Origin: an uncultured Acidobacteriota bacterium
Lineage (GTDB): Bacteria > Acidobacteriota > Thermoanaerobaculia > Multivoradales > SZUA-115
Length of the DNA stretch: 64,000 nucleotides
NCBI GenBank assembly: GCA_963805975.1
Contig: CAWDVR010000001.1
Location: forward strand, 32,001-96,000
Direction: 5' to 3'
The translations under genes and the position numbers were made by a program. The notes under the pieces were generated by a model that saw only the letters and a list, made by a program, of their open reading frames with translations, did not search any database and had not been told where the DNA came from. Shown piece after piece: positions 42,965 to 52,436 of the stretch; within the stretch, counting starts at the first letter, position 1; every line of letters begins with the position of its first letter.

Positions 42965-43234
42965 ATGCTGAAGCTTTCGCGCTCACTTTTCCACCGCCGG
43001 TCCGTGGCTCTCGTCCTCACCTTCGCGGCCGTCGCCGCCGCGGCCGCCTTCCTGGTACCGCAGACCACGGACGCCCAGCAGGGCCGTTGCGGCCTGGAGT
43101 TCATCTACTACAGCGACGCCTCGCACACCGACGTGGTGGGCTACCGCGCCTACGAGCCGCCCGAGTGCGGCTGCACGCTCTACTCGTGGGGCACGATCAG
43201 CGTCCACAAGGAGATCTTCGACTTCTTCTGCTAG
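42965..43234 (+). CDS. Small secreted Cys-containing protein (DUF6289-like)
   Basis: AGGAG RBS, signal peptide, YYSDASHTDVVG...C.C...WG. Confidence 0.7.
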   Translation: MLKLSRSLFHRRSVALVLTFAAVAAAAAFLVPQTTDAQQGRCGLEFIYYSDASHTDVVGYRAYEPPECGCTLYSWGTISVHKEIFDFFC

Positions 43235-43291
43235 GCCCCACCTGGCCTCGTCTCCCGCGGCCGAGCGCCGCGGGAGCCTTCCTTCCACCGG

Positions 43292-45352
43292 CTAGTCTCC
43301 GCCGCGGATCTTGCGGTCCAGGATCTCCTCCGCGTCGAGCGGCGCGCTCCGCTTCGCCTGCACCCGGCGCACGAAGTCGGCGGTCACGCCGTGGATCCTG
43401 TAGCTCACCAGGTCATCGGCCGTCAGCTTGCCGAGGCCGGTGGCCTCGAGCTCGCGGATGTAGGCCGGCGTCACGCCGTGGATGCGGAAGCTGATCAGAT
43501 CCTCGAGAGGCACGCCGCCGTACCCGAGCTTGCCCATCTCGCGCAGGAACTCGGTGGTGGCGCCGTGGATGCGGAGCGACACCACGTCGTCGAGCGCGGG
43601 CTTCGGATAGCCCAGGGCCTTGAGCTCGTGGAGGAAGGAGGGCTCGACGCCGTGAATCCGCAGCGACACCAGCTCGTCGAGCGGGGGCCGCGCGTAGCCC
43701 AGACCGGCGAGCTCGCGCACGAAATCGAGGGTCACGCCGTGGATGCGCAGGCTGACGAGGTCGTCGACCGCCGGGTGCTGGTAGCCCGCCGCCTGGAGGC
43801 CGCGGATCAGCGCCGGCTCGACGCCGTGGATCGCCATGCTCATCAGCTCGTCGTAGGGCAGGCGTGAGTAGCCGAGCGAGTCGAGCTCGGCGAGCTCCTG
43901 GCTGGTGACGTCGTGGAGCGCGAGCAGGAACAAGTGCTCGGGCTCCGGTGCCGGATAGCCCAGCTTGGCGAGCTTGCCCTCGTACTCGCGGCTGGGCTCG
44001 AAGCGGAACTGGCCGGAGCCCTTACCACCGGAGAAGCTGCCCTCGAAGCGCAGCACCCCGGCCTCGCGCACCAGCTCGAAGCTCGCCGGTCCGCGGAAGC
44101 CCGCCGCCGGCAGTCCCCGGAAGTCGCTTCGCGGGCGGTCCTCGCTCGAGGAGTGGCGGCTTCCGGGCCGTGGGCTGAACTCGACGTGGAGATCGACTTC
44201 GCCGTCCTTGCCGTCTTCGAGCTGCCATTTGCCCGAGACGGCGCCGGAGCCCGCCGGGGCCGGGGTCGCCACCGCCGCGGGCCCGAGCGTCGCGAGGCCC
44301 AAGGCCAGGCCGGCCGCGATGAGTGCGGCGACCGCCGCGGCCTGCGGCGCCGGTCCCAGCTCGAAGCGCCGAGCACCCGCCGGCTGGAGCAGGCGGCGCA
44401 CGCGGGCGAGCAGCGCGCCATTGCCTGCGTTGCCGTCGGCGGCCAGGGCGAAGGCGGCAGCGATGTCGGTCCGGCGCTCCGGCCGCAGCAGCTCGATGCC
44501 GGCCAGGGCCCGCGCGTAGGTCAGGCGGTCGCCACAGGCGTCGACCGCGAGGTCGTCGCAGCAGTGCTCGCGCTCCTGCCGGGTGCGCGCCGCCATCCAG
44601 CGCACTGCGGGATGGAAGAAGAAGAGGATCTCGACCAACGCCGCCAGCAGGTTGGCCAGGTAGTCGTTGCGGCGGACGTGCGCCAGCTCGTGCGCCAGGA
44701 GCGCTTCGAGCTCGGCGGCCGGCAGGCCGGTGAAGCAGGAGACGGGCACCAGCACCACCGGCCGCAGCCAGCCCACCACCGCCGGCACCTCCAGCCGGGA
44801 GGTGGCGAGCAGGCGGACGGCCCGCTCGAGGCGGAGCCGGCCGCAGAGCGCCTCGAAGCGGGAGCGCCAGTCTTCGGGGGGCGCTTCGACGCCCACTCTG
44901 GTCAGGCGGTGCGCCTGCCGGAAGCCGCCCAGCCAGCGCGCGGAGAGCATCAGCACACCGGCGAGCCAGCCGGCCGTGAGCCAGGGCAGGGCCGCCTCGG
45001 TGGCGCTGCGCAGGCGCGCGATCCGGGTCGCCGAGACGTTTACGCCGAGGCTGGCGATCTCGGCCACCGGGGCGCTCAGCACAACTGCGGGGCCGGCCGC
45101 GACAGAGCTCGGCGAGGCTGCCGGTGGCGTGCCGCTCCCGAGCCAGATCACCGTGCCCGCCAGTGCCGTGAGCGTCGAGGCAAGGGCCACACAGCAGGCC
45201 GTGTAACGTAGCTCCGGACGGCGCGGCCCGATCAGCAGCAGGGCTCCGGCCAGTGCCGAGGCGATCAGCAGCCCTTGCCACAAGGAATGGACCAGCGCCC
45301 AGCCCAGGGCCTCTACGCCGGTGTGGGAGAACAGGCTCGCGATCGGGTTCAT
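43292..45352 (-). CDS. M56 family (BlaR1-like) metallopeptidase with C-terminal ~29-aa HGV repeats
   Basis: GWALVHSLWQG, PAVVGWLRPVVL, HELAHVRRND, EREHCCDD, YARAL; ATGA overlap with blaI. Confidence 0.92.
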   Translation of the reverse strand: MNPIASLFSHTGVEALGWALVHSLWQGLLIASALAGALLLIGPRRPELRYTACCVALASTLTALAGTVIWLGSGTPPAASPSSVAAGPAVVLSAPVAEIASLGVNVSATRIARLRSATEAALPWLTAGWLAGVLMLSARWLGGFRQAHRLTRVGVEAPPEDWRSRFEALCGRLRLERAVRLLATSRLEVPAVVGWLRPVVLVPVSCFTGLPAAELEALLAHELAHVRRNDYLANLLAALVEILFFFHPAVRWMAARTRQEREHCCDDLAVDACGDRLTYARALAGIELLRPERRTDIAAAFALAADGNAGNGALLARVRRLLQPAGARRFELGPAPQAAAVAALIAAGLALGLATLGPAAVATPAPAGSGAVSGKWQLEDGKDGEVDLHVEFSPRPGSRHSSSEDRPRSDFRGLPAAGFRGPASFELVREAGVLRFEGSFSGGKGSGQFRFEPSREYEGKLAKLGYPAPEPEHLFLLALHDVTSQELAELDSLGYSRLPYDELMSMAIHGVEPALIRGLQAAGYQHPAVDDLVSLRIHGVTLDFVRELAGLGYARPPLDELVSLRIHGVEPSFLHELKALGYPKPALDDVVSLRIHGATTEFLREMGKLGYGGVPLEDLISFRIHGVTPAYIRELEATGLGKLTADDLVSYRIHGVTADFVRRVQAKRSAPLDAEEILDRKIRGGD

Positions 45353-45759
45353 GGTTTCTCTCCAGGAGTACGGTCGGCTTCCGCTTCGGTTTCCGCCAGC
45401 AGGCGCCGGATCTCGGCCAGCTCGCCGTCGCTGGCGCGGCCCTGGGAAAGCGTCTGCATCACCAGCTTGAGCGCCGAGCCGCCGAAGGCGCGGTCGAGCA
45501 GGTGGTCGATCAACTGGCCCTGCGTCGCCTCCTCGGAGAGCCGGGCACGGTAGACGTGGGCGCGCTGGCGCTCGTCGCGGACCACCAGACCCTTGTCGGT
45601 CATGATCTGCAGCAGCTTGAGCACCGTGGTGTAGCCGGGGTTCGGAGTGCGCTCGATCTCTTCCTGCACCTCGCGCACGGTCGAGGCCCCGCGCCGCCAC
45701 AGCGCGCGCAGGATCTCGAGCTCGGCGTCGGTGGGCTTGGGGAGCTTGCCGGAAGGCAC
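45349..45759 (-). CDS. BlaI/MecI/CopY family repressor
   Basis: PTDAELEILRALW, YTTVLKLLQIMTDKGLV, FGGSALKLV. Confidence 0.95.
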   Translation of the reverse strand: MPSGKLPKPTDAELEILRALWRRGASTVREVQEEIERTPNPGYTTVLKLLQIMTDKGLVVRDERQRAHVYRARLSEEATQGQLIDHLLDRAFGGSALKLVMQTLSQGRASDGELAEIRRLLAETEAEADRTPGEKP

Positions 45760-45765
45760 GGCGAG

Positions 45766-45808
45766 ATTAGATACGAAGCTCTTCGTAATGTCAACGAAGA
45801 GCTTCGTA
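45766..45808 (-). promoter_or_regulatory. blaI promoter with two operator palindromes
   Basis: TACGAAG-CT-CTTCGTA 45772-45787 and AACGAAGAGCTTCGTA 45793-45808 flank TTGACA (45794-45789); TCTAAT 17 nt downstream; GTG 6 nt after. Confidence 0.8.
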
Positions 45809-45919
45809 TAAACCGGGCCTAAGGGAAGAACGGGGCAGTTGCATGTCAAGAGTGTGGGTTGAAACGGTAGGAGGCAAGCCTCCCGGGGAGGCCTTGCACG
45901 CCGCCGCCAGAGGGCCCGT

Positions 45920-46006
45920 TCAGCCGAACAGCTCTTCGAGCGGGATCGACAGGCCCGGAAGCAGAGAGCTCTCGAGCTTCGCCGCCATGCCGAGCACCGC
46001 GCTCAC
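45920..46006 (-). pseudogene. C-terminal remnant of a Uma2-family endonuclease
   Basis: VSAVLGMAAKLESSLLPGLSIPLEELFG*, resembling the Uma2 terminal L.S.LLPGL.I.L.ELF; overlaps pepQ stop. Confidence 0.5.
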
Positions 46007-47352
46007 TCCCCCCTCGGCCCCGGGATGTGCGGCCGGGTGAGGTCTCTGGGCTCGCCGTCGGTGCAGAGGATGTTGTCCTCGATGCGCACGCCACCGTGTG
46101 GCAGCAGGCGCTCGACCAGCGTCCAATCGACGAGCGAGCCCTCGGGGCTGGCTCTCAGGGGATCGAGCAGCATGGGGATGAAGTAGATGCCGGGCTCGAT
46201 GGTGACGTAGTGGCCCGGCTCGAGCACCCGGGTGTTGCGCAGGTAGGAATGGCCCTCGGGAGGCGGGTTCGTGCCGCCGTCCGGTGAGGCCTGGCGGCCG
46301 CCCACGTCGTGGACCTGGATCCCCAGGTGGTGGCCTACGCCGTGCGGGAAGAAGGCGCGGGTCACGCCGCGGTCGAGCGCCTCCTCGGCGCTTCCCTTGA
46401 CGATCCCCACCGCGGAGAGCAGCTCGGCCGTGAAGCGGTGGGCCGCGAGGTGGATCTCGGTGTAGGGACGGCCCGGCGTCACCAGGGCGCAGAGGCGGCG
46501 CTCGTACGCGTCGAGCCCCTCGACCAGGGCGCGGAAGGCGGGGTCGGCGTCGGGCCGCACCCAAGTGCGGGTGATGTCCGAGGCGTAGGCGCCGTGGCGC
46601 GCCCCGGCGTCGAGCAGCAGCACGCGCCCGGGCGACTCGCCGGCCCGCCGCTTGTGCTGGTAGTGGAGGATGGCGGCCTTGCCGTCGAAGGCGACGATGG
46701 CGCCGAACGGCAGCTCTTCGAGCACCTGGTCGGCGCCGGTGAGGAAAGCCCAGAACACGTCGCGCTCCGAACCGCCCTGCTCCCAGGCGCGGCGCCCGGC
46801 CCGGTGGCCGGCGGCGCCCTTGACGGCCGCCTCCGCCAGCAGCTCCACCTCGAAGTCGGTCTTCACGGCGCGGTACCAGTCGAGCGGGGCGAGGAGCGGC
46901 GTGGGATCGACGCTCTCCGCCGGGATGCCCGCCTCCGCGGCGGCGGCCGGCGAGTTGCCCACGTAGGCCACGCGGTCGAGCGAGCCGAGAACCTTGGGCA
47001 GCTCGGCGAAGCTCTCGACCTCCCGCAGATCGACCGCTTCCTCCCAGAACGACCGCGGCGCCGGCGAGGTGTCGTACCAGTAGTCCCGCGGCTGTACGCG
47101 CACCACCACGGGCGTCGTTCCCGGCCGCGCCAGCACGGCGTGCTCGGGGCCGGCGAGCGGCACCCAGCGCGCGAAGTGGGCGCCGGACCAGAAGGGGATC
47201 ACCGCGTCGTCGGCGTGGTAGGTCTCTTCACGGCCGGCGTGGAAGAGCACGCCGTCGAAGGCCACGTCCCGCCGCTCCGCCCGCTCCAGGGCGTCGGCCA
47301 GCCAGCGGTCGAGAGTGGCGAGATGCTGGCGGTACAGGTCGATCGTGCTCAC
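46003..47352 (-). CDS. pepQ: Xaa-Pro dipeptidase (prolidase)
   Basis: DYWY, ILHYQH, LLDAGA..YASDITRT, FFPHGVGHHLGIQVHDVGG, TIEPGIYFI, GGVRIEDN. Confidence 0.93.
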   Translation of the reverse strand: MSTIDLYRQHLATLDRWLADALERAERRDVAFDGVLFHAGREETYHADDAVIPFWSGAHFARWVPLAGPEHAVLARPGTTPVVVRVQPRDYWYDTSPAPRSFWEEAVDLREVESFAELPKVLGSLDRVAYVGNSPAAAAEAGIPAESVDPTPLLAPLDWYRAVKTDFEVELLAEAAVKGAAGHRAGRRAWEQGGSERDVFWAFLTGADQVLEELPFGAIVAFDGKAAILHYQHKRRAGESPGRVLLLDAGARHGAYASDITRTWVRPDADPAFRALVEGLDAYERRLCALVTPGRPYTEIHLAAHRFTAELLSAVGIVKGSAEEALDRGVTRAFFPHGVGHHLGIQVHDVGGRQASPDGGTNPPPEGHSYLRNTRVLEPGHYVTIEPGIYFIPMLLDPLRASPEGSLVDWTLVERLLPHGGVRIEDNILCTDGEPRDLTRPHIPGPRGE

Positions 47353-47394
47353 GCGGCCTCCGGGAGTGTAGGTCTGGAACCGAGCATATCCCGC

Positions 47395-47435
47395 GCAAGA
47401 TCCGGCTATCGAGCCGCACCGGCCGCCGCTAGAGT
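47395..47435 (+). promoter_or_regulatory. Putative Ada box and -10 of alkA-ogt
   Basis: GCAAGATCCGG at 47395; TAGAGT at 47430; same 35-nt spacing as upstream of ada. Confidence 0.6.
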
Positions 47436-47444
47436 AGCCGCGCC

Positions 47445-48698
47445 ATGGCCACCGCTCGCGCTCCTCGACCTTCTGACCCGGCTGCCGACGCCGAGCTCGA
47501 TCTCGTCGAAGCCGCGGTGGTGCGCTTGCGTCGCGAGGCGGGCTCCTTCCTCGACGTGCGGGCGTGGAGCCGTGCCACGGGGACCGACCCGGGCGAGCTG
47601 GAGCGGCTCTCGGTGACGCACTTCCACGCCACTCCCGCCGAGCTCCTGGCCCGCGCCCGCGTCGCCCAGGCCGCGCGGTCGCTCCTCGCCACCTCGCGGC
47701 CGCTGGCTCAAGTGGGCGCCGAGGCAGGTTTCGCGAGCGTTTCCAGCTTCGAGACGCAGTTCTGCCGCCGCATGGCCCTACCTCCGGCCGAGTACCGGGC
47801 GCTCGCCGGCGCCCGCGCCTTCGAGGTCCGCCTGCCGCGGACGTTCCATCTCCGGCGCACGCTGGCCTACCTGGGGCGCGACCCGATGAGCGCCACGGAG
47901 CAGCTCGCGGGCAACGTCTGGGAGGCGGCGCTTCGCCTGGGCGGAAAGCCCCTGCGCGTGCGGGTGGAGATCGGCGCCCGGTCCGCCGTCTGCAGCCTCG
48001 AAGCACGGGGGCGGCTGCCGGTGCGTGCCGCGGTCGATGCCCACGCCAAGGTGCTCCGGCGGCTGGGCCTGGCCGCCGACCCGAAGCCGTTCGAGGAGCT
48101 GGCCGCGAGCGACCCGGCCCTGGCGCCGCTCGTCGCCGGGCGGCGCGGAGTGCGGATCCTGCTCGTCGCCGAGCTCTTCGAGGGCCTGCTGTGGTCGATC
48201 GTCGGCCAGCAGATCCACCTGGGCTTTGCCCGCACCCTGATGCGCCGCCTGGTGGAGGCGACGGGCGAGCCCGCGGGCGAGGGCCTCTACACCGTGCCGG
48301 AGCCGGCCGCGGTGGCCGCCCTCGAGCCGCGGCAGCTCCTCGAACGGCAGTTCTCGCGCAACAAGACCGACTATCTGCTCGCTGCCGCCCGCCTGGTGGC
48401 GAGCGGCGCTCTCGACCTCGAGGCGCTCGCCGCGGGCCCGGCCACGCGGGCGGAGCGCGCCCTCCTCGCCGTGCGTGGGCTCGGCCCCTGGTCCGTCCAC
48501 TACCTGATGATGCGTGGCCTGGGGTTCGGCGACTGCGTGCCGGTCGGCGACTCCGGCCTGGCGCGCGGCCTCGAACGCTTCTTCGGCCTCGCGGAGCGGC
48601 CCGGCCCGCGGCAGACCCTGGAGCTGATGGAGCCCTTCCGGCCGCACCGCAGCCTGGCCACCTTTCACTTCTGGCAGCTCCTCTCGGAGGCGGTATGA
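47445..48698 (+). CDS. alkA: AraC-HTH + DNA-3-methyladenine glycosylase (AlkA-like), lacking the Ada Zn domain
   Basis: AEAGFASVSSF HTH; WSIVGQQI; RGLGPWS HhH; DCVPVGDSGL. Confidence 0.85.
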   Translation: MATARAPRPSDPAADAELDLVEAAVVRLRREAGSFLDVRAWSRATGTDPGELERLSVTHFHATPAELLARARVAQAARSLLATSRPLAQVGAEAGFASVSSFETQFCRRMALPPAEYRALAGARAFEVRLPRTFHLRRTLAYLGRDPMSATEQLAGNVWEAALRLGGKPLRVRVEIGARSAVCSLEARGRLPVRAAVDAHAKVLRRLGLAADPKPFEELAASDPALAPLVAGRRGVRILLVAELFEGLLWSIVGQQIHLGFARTLMRRLVEATGEPAGEGLYTVPEPAAVAALEPRQLLERQFSRNKTDYLLAAARLVASGALDLEALAAGPATRAERALLAVRGLGPWSVHYLMMRGLGFGDCVPVGDSGLARGLERFFGLAERPGPRQTLELMEPFRPHRSLATFHFWQLLSEAV

Positions 48699-49222
48699 GC
48701 TGGTACGGATCGACCCTGGAATCGCCCTGCGGCCCCCTGGGCCTGGTGGTGGACGAACGCGGCGCCGTGCTGCGGGTCGAGTTCGTGGGCGGCCGCGACG
48801 CCGCGCGGTTCCGCCGGGCGCTCGCGGCGCGCGGCGACACGCTGATCGAGGCCCCAGAGCGCACCCGCTCGCTCGCGCTCCAGCTCGGCGAGTACTTCGC
48901 CGGCACCCGGCGGAGCTTCGACCTCGAGCTCGCCTTCACCGGCACTCCCTTCCAGCTCCTGGTGTGGCGCGCGCTGACCGCGATCCCCTACGGCGAGACC
49001 ATGAGCTACCGCAACCTCGCGGCGGCGATCGGCGATCCGGCGGCGGTACGCGCCGTGGGCACCGCCAACGGCGCCAACCCGATCGCCATCGTGGTGCCCT
49101 GCCATCGCGTGATCGGCGCCGACGGCTCGCTCACCGGCTACGGCGGCGGCCTGGAGAACAAGCAGCTCCTGCTCGAGCTCGAGGGCTGGCGTGGCGGTGA
49201 AAAGCAGCTCTCTCTCATCTAG
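48695..49222 (+). CDS. ogt: Methylated-DNA--protein-cysteine methyltransferase
   Basis: GTPFQLLVW, IPYGET.SY, NPIAIVVPCHRVIG; ATGA overlap with alkA. Confidence 0.95.
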   Translation: MSWYGSTLESPCGPLGLVVDERGAVLRVEFVGGRDAARFRRALAARGDTLIEAPERTRSLALQLGEYFAGTRRSFDLELAFTGTPFQLLVWRALTAIPYGETMSYRNLAAAIGDPAAVRAVGTANGANPIAIVVPCHRVIGADGSLTGYGGGLENKQLLLELEGWRGGEKQLSLI

Positions 49223-49288
49223 AAGAATGCTGGGCGGTGCTAGGCTTCCAGGCAGCATTGGAGCTCGCAAACTAGAGAGGAGACCGCC

Positions 49289-51325
49289 ATGCACCCGAGA
49301 GACACACCCTCGAGAAACATGCCCTCGAGAATCCCTGCCACCGTGCTTCTGCTCACGATCTGCTTTTTTCTCGCCGCTAGCGGCGCGAGCGCGGAGATCG
49401 GCGTCCGGCCGGCCGTGACGCCGGCCACCGACCCCGGCTTCGGGCCGGTTCCGCAGCTGCGCTTCGGAGCGCTGGACAAGGCGCTCCTCGAAGCTGAGGA
49501 CGCAGAGGCCCAGGACGGGCCGCTGCGCTTCGCCATCTCGCACCCGGTCTCGGTGTCGCCCGACCGGGACGGCCTCTGGGACCGTACGGACGACGGCAAG
49601 CTGCGCTGGCGCTGGCGGGTGAGCGCGGCAGAGGCCACCAACCTCAACTTCGGCTTCGGCCGCTACCGCATGCCGCCCAAGGGCCAGCTCCTGATCTACG
49701 CCGCGGACGGCCTCACGGCCCTCGGTCCCTTCACCGCCGAGAACAACCAGGACCACGGCGAGCTGTGGACGCCGATCCTCGCCACCACGGACGCGGTGCT
49801 GGAGCTCACCCTCCCGGAGGCCGAGCGCGGCCGGCTCGAGCTCGAGCTCACGGCCGTCAACCAGGGCTACCGGTACTTCAGCAACCTCGGTCCGGACAAG
49901 TCCGGCTCCTGCAACGTGGACGTGGTCTGCTCGCAGGGCGACCCCTACCGCGACATCATCCGCTCGGTGGCGGTCTACAGCCGCAATGGAACGTTCGCCT
50001 GCACTGGCGCCATGATCAACAACACGGCGCAGAACCTCCGGCCGTTCTTCCTCACCGCCAACCATTGCAGCGTCAACTCGGGCAACGCGGCCACGGTGGT
50101 CGCTTACTGGTTGTACGAGAACTCCACCTGTCGGACCCCCGGCAGCGGGGCCTCGGGCGGGCCGGGCAACGGCAGCCTTTCGAGCACGCTCTCCGGCACC
50201 ACTTTCCGGGCGAGCCACCCGCCTTCCGACATGACCTTGGTCGAGTTCAACAGTGCCCCGCCCTCCGGCCACCGCGTGTTCTGGGCGGGCTGGGACCGGG
50301 GTGGCGGCAACCCCGGCTCCGCCATTGCGATCCATCACCCGCAGACGGACGAGAAGCGCATCAGCTTCGAGAACCAGGGCCTCACCACGACCAGCTACCT
50401 GAGCAACTCGGCCCCCGGTGACGGCACGCACCTGCGGGTGATCGACTGGGACGTCGGCACCACGGAGCCGGGCTCCTCGGGCTCGCCGCTCTTCAACTCC
50501 TCGAAGCGGATCGTCGGCCAGCTCCACGGCGGCTTCGCCGCCTGCGGCAACAACGACTCCGACTGGTACGGCCGCGTGTCCACCTCGTGGACCGGCGGCG
50601 GCTCGAACTCCACCCGCCTCTCCAACTGGCTGGACCCGGGCAGCACCGGCGCCACCACGCTGAACGGTACCCAGCAGCCCACCGGTAGCACGCCGGCGGC
50701 CCCCACCAACCTGACCGCCGCGCCGCAGTCGCCCTCGCAGGTGCTGCTCAACTGGCAGGACAACGCCAACAACGAGAGCGAGTACCGGATCGAGGTCCGG
50801 CCGCCGGGCGGCGGCTTCGGCGATATCGGCTCGGTGCCGGCGAACAGCAACGGCGCGATCGTCACCGGCCTGGCCTCGGGCACCACCTACCAGTTCCGGG
50901 TCCGGGCGCGCAACGCCAGCGGCAACTCCGCCTACTCGAACACCGCCTCGGCGACCACGCCCACGAACACCGGGCCTTGCGTGGCCGACGCGGACACCAT
51001 GTGCTTCAACGGCGGGCGCTTCCGGGTGGAGATGATTTGGCAGTTCCCCAACGGCCAGTCCGGAACGGGCAAGGTGGTGCCGCTCACCGACAACTCCGGC
51101 GCCTTCTACTTCCTGAACGCGAGCAACCTCGAGATGCTGATCAAGGTGCTCAACGCCTGTAGCATCGGGAACCGCTTCTGGGTCTTCTTCGCCGCCACCA
51201 CCAACGTGCAGTTCACGGTCACGGTCACCGACACTCAGACGGGCAATGTCAAGAGCTACTTCAACCCGCAGGGCACCGCGGCGCTGCCGGTGCAGGACAC
51301 CAACGCGTTCGCGACCTGCCCGTAA
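49289..51325 (+). CDS. Secreted lysyl-endopeptidase-like (S1) serine protease + FN3 + lineage-type C-terminal domain
   Basis: Triad LTANHC / SDMTL / GSSGSP; FN3 PAAPTNL; MCFNGGRFRV...EMLIKVLNAC...FWVFFAATTN...DTNAF. Confidence 0.88.
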   Translation: MHPRDTPSRNMPSRIPATVLLLTICFFLAASGASAEIGVRPAVTPATDPGFGPVPQLRFGALDKALLEAEDAEAQDGPLRFAISHPVSVSPDRDGLWDRTDDGKLRWRWRVSAAEATNLNFGFGRYRMPPKGQLLIYAADGLTALGPFTAENNQDHGELWTPILATTDAVLELTLPEAERGRLELELTAVNQGYRYFSNLGPDKSGSCNVDVVCSQGDPYRDIIRSVAVYSRNGTFACTGAMINNTAQNLRPFFLTANHCSVNSGNAATVVAYWLYENSTCRTPGSGASGGPGNGSLSSTLSGTTFRASHPPSDMTLVEFNSAPPSGHRVFWAGWDRGGGNPGSAIAIHHPQTDEKRISFENQGLTTTSYLSNSAPGDGTHLRVIDWDVGTTEPGSSGSPLFNSSKRIVGQLHGGFAACGNNDSDWYGRVSTSWTGGGSNSTRLSNWLDPGSTGATTLNGTQQPTGSTPAAPTNLTAAPQSPSQVLLNWQDNANNESEYRIEVRPPGGGFGDIGSVPANSNGAIVTGLASGTTYQFRVRARNASGNSAYSNTASATTPTNTGPCVADADTMCFNGGRFRVEMIWQFPNGQSGTGKVVPLTDNSGAFYFLNASNLEMLIKVLNACSIGNRFWVFFAATTNVQFTVTVTDTQTGNVKSYFNPQGTAALPVQDTNAFATCP

Positions 51326-51338
51326 AAGAAGCAGGCCC

Positions 51339-52226
51339 TCATGCGGCGGGCGCCGGTTGCCGGCGCCCGTCCCGCAGTCGCAGGGCGAGGATCGCCGCCG
51401 TCACCACCAGCGCCGCGCCGAGCAGGAAGAGGCCGTCGAGCGTGGTGCCCCAGAACAGCCAGTCCAGGAGGCCCGAGAACACCACGCTGGTGTAGAGGAA
51501 CGGCCCCACCTGGCCGGCGGGCGCCGAGGCGTAGGCCAGCGTCAAGAGAAGCTGGCCCACGGTCGCCAGCAGGCCGGCGGCCAGGAGCAGGCCCCAGGCC
51601 CGGGCCGAGGGCGCCTGCCACGAGCCGGCGAGCGGCAGCGCCGAGACCACGGTCGAGATGGCGGCGAAGTAGAAGACGATGCGCGTGGCCGGTTCGGTCA
51701 GGGTCAGGCGCCGGATCCCCACCTGGCCCACCGCGGCGAGCACCGCCGCGGTGAGCGCCACCAGGGCCACGGGATCGAACACCCCTGTTCCCGGTTTCAG
51801 GATCAGCAGGATGCCCGCGAAGCCCACGGCGAGCGGCGCCCCCAGGCGCCGCGCGATGCGCTCGCCCAGCCACAGGCGCTCGACCGCCGGCAGGAAGAGC
51901 GGCAGCGTGTAGTTGAGCAGCACCGCGTCCGCCAGCCGCAGGCGGCCGATGGCGTAGAAGAAGCAGTACATCGCCGCCAGGCCGAAGAGCCCGCGCACCA
52001 GGTGCTGCGAGAAGTGCCGGGTCTTGAGGCTCGCCGGCCCCCGTCGCGCTACCAGCGGCAGCAGCACGGCGACCGCCACCGCGTTGCGGAAGAACACGAT
52101 CATCGTCGTCGGCAGCGATTGCGAAGCGGCCTTCACCGCCGCGCTCATGGCGGCAAAGAACAGCGCCGAAGCCACCATGTAGAGCGCGCCGCGGGAAATG
52201 GACTGCGCCAGGCGAGGTGAGGTCAT
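51339..52226 (-). CDS. DMT/EamA family transporter
   Basis: Ten hydrophobic segments; VFFRN, LWLGERI, GFAGILLILKPG. Confidence 0.9.
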   Translation of the reverse strand: MTSPRLAQSISRGALYMVASALFFAAMSAAVKAASQSLPTTMIVFFRNAVAVAVLLPLVARRGPASLKTRHFSQHLVRGLFGLAAMYCFFYAIGRLRLADAVLLNYTLPLFLPAVERLWLGERIARRLGAPLAVGFAGILLILKPGTGVFDPVALVALTAAVLAAVGQVGIRRLTLTEPATRIVFYFAAISTVVSALPLAGSWQAPSARAWGLLLAAGLLATVGQLLLTLAYASAPAGQVGPFLYTSVVFSGLLDWLFWGTTLDGLFLLGAALVVTAAILALRLRDGRRQPAPAA

Positions 52227-52436
52227 CGGGAGAGGAATCATCCCATCTCGGCAGGAAGTTCCGCGGCGGCGTTGCGGCTCGCTCCTCGAACACCTTGCCA
52301 ACGGGGCACCGGAGTGAGTGTAAGTGTAGCTCCCGACAGCACGAACTGGCTTTGCCGCTGGCTCTCGTGCAGTCGCAACTCGCACGAGGCACGACCTTTG
52401 AATAGTGGCGTTCTCGATGGATGAGAGGGAGAGGAA

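Noticed and set aside
45850-45900. GTGTGGGTTGAAAC resembling a CRISPR repeat end, next to a hairpin
   Set aside because: Single copy, no spacers, no cas genes
49290-49335. Three imperfect ~15-bp repeats at the protease start
   Set aside because: Short slippage repeat that only makes the start codon ambiguous
52330-52400. Repeated GCACGA/TCGTGC hexamers in the intergenic region
   Set aside because: Irregular spacing and plausible by chance in GC-rich DNA
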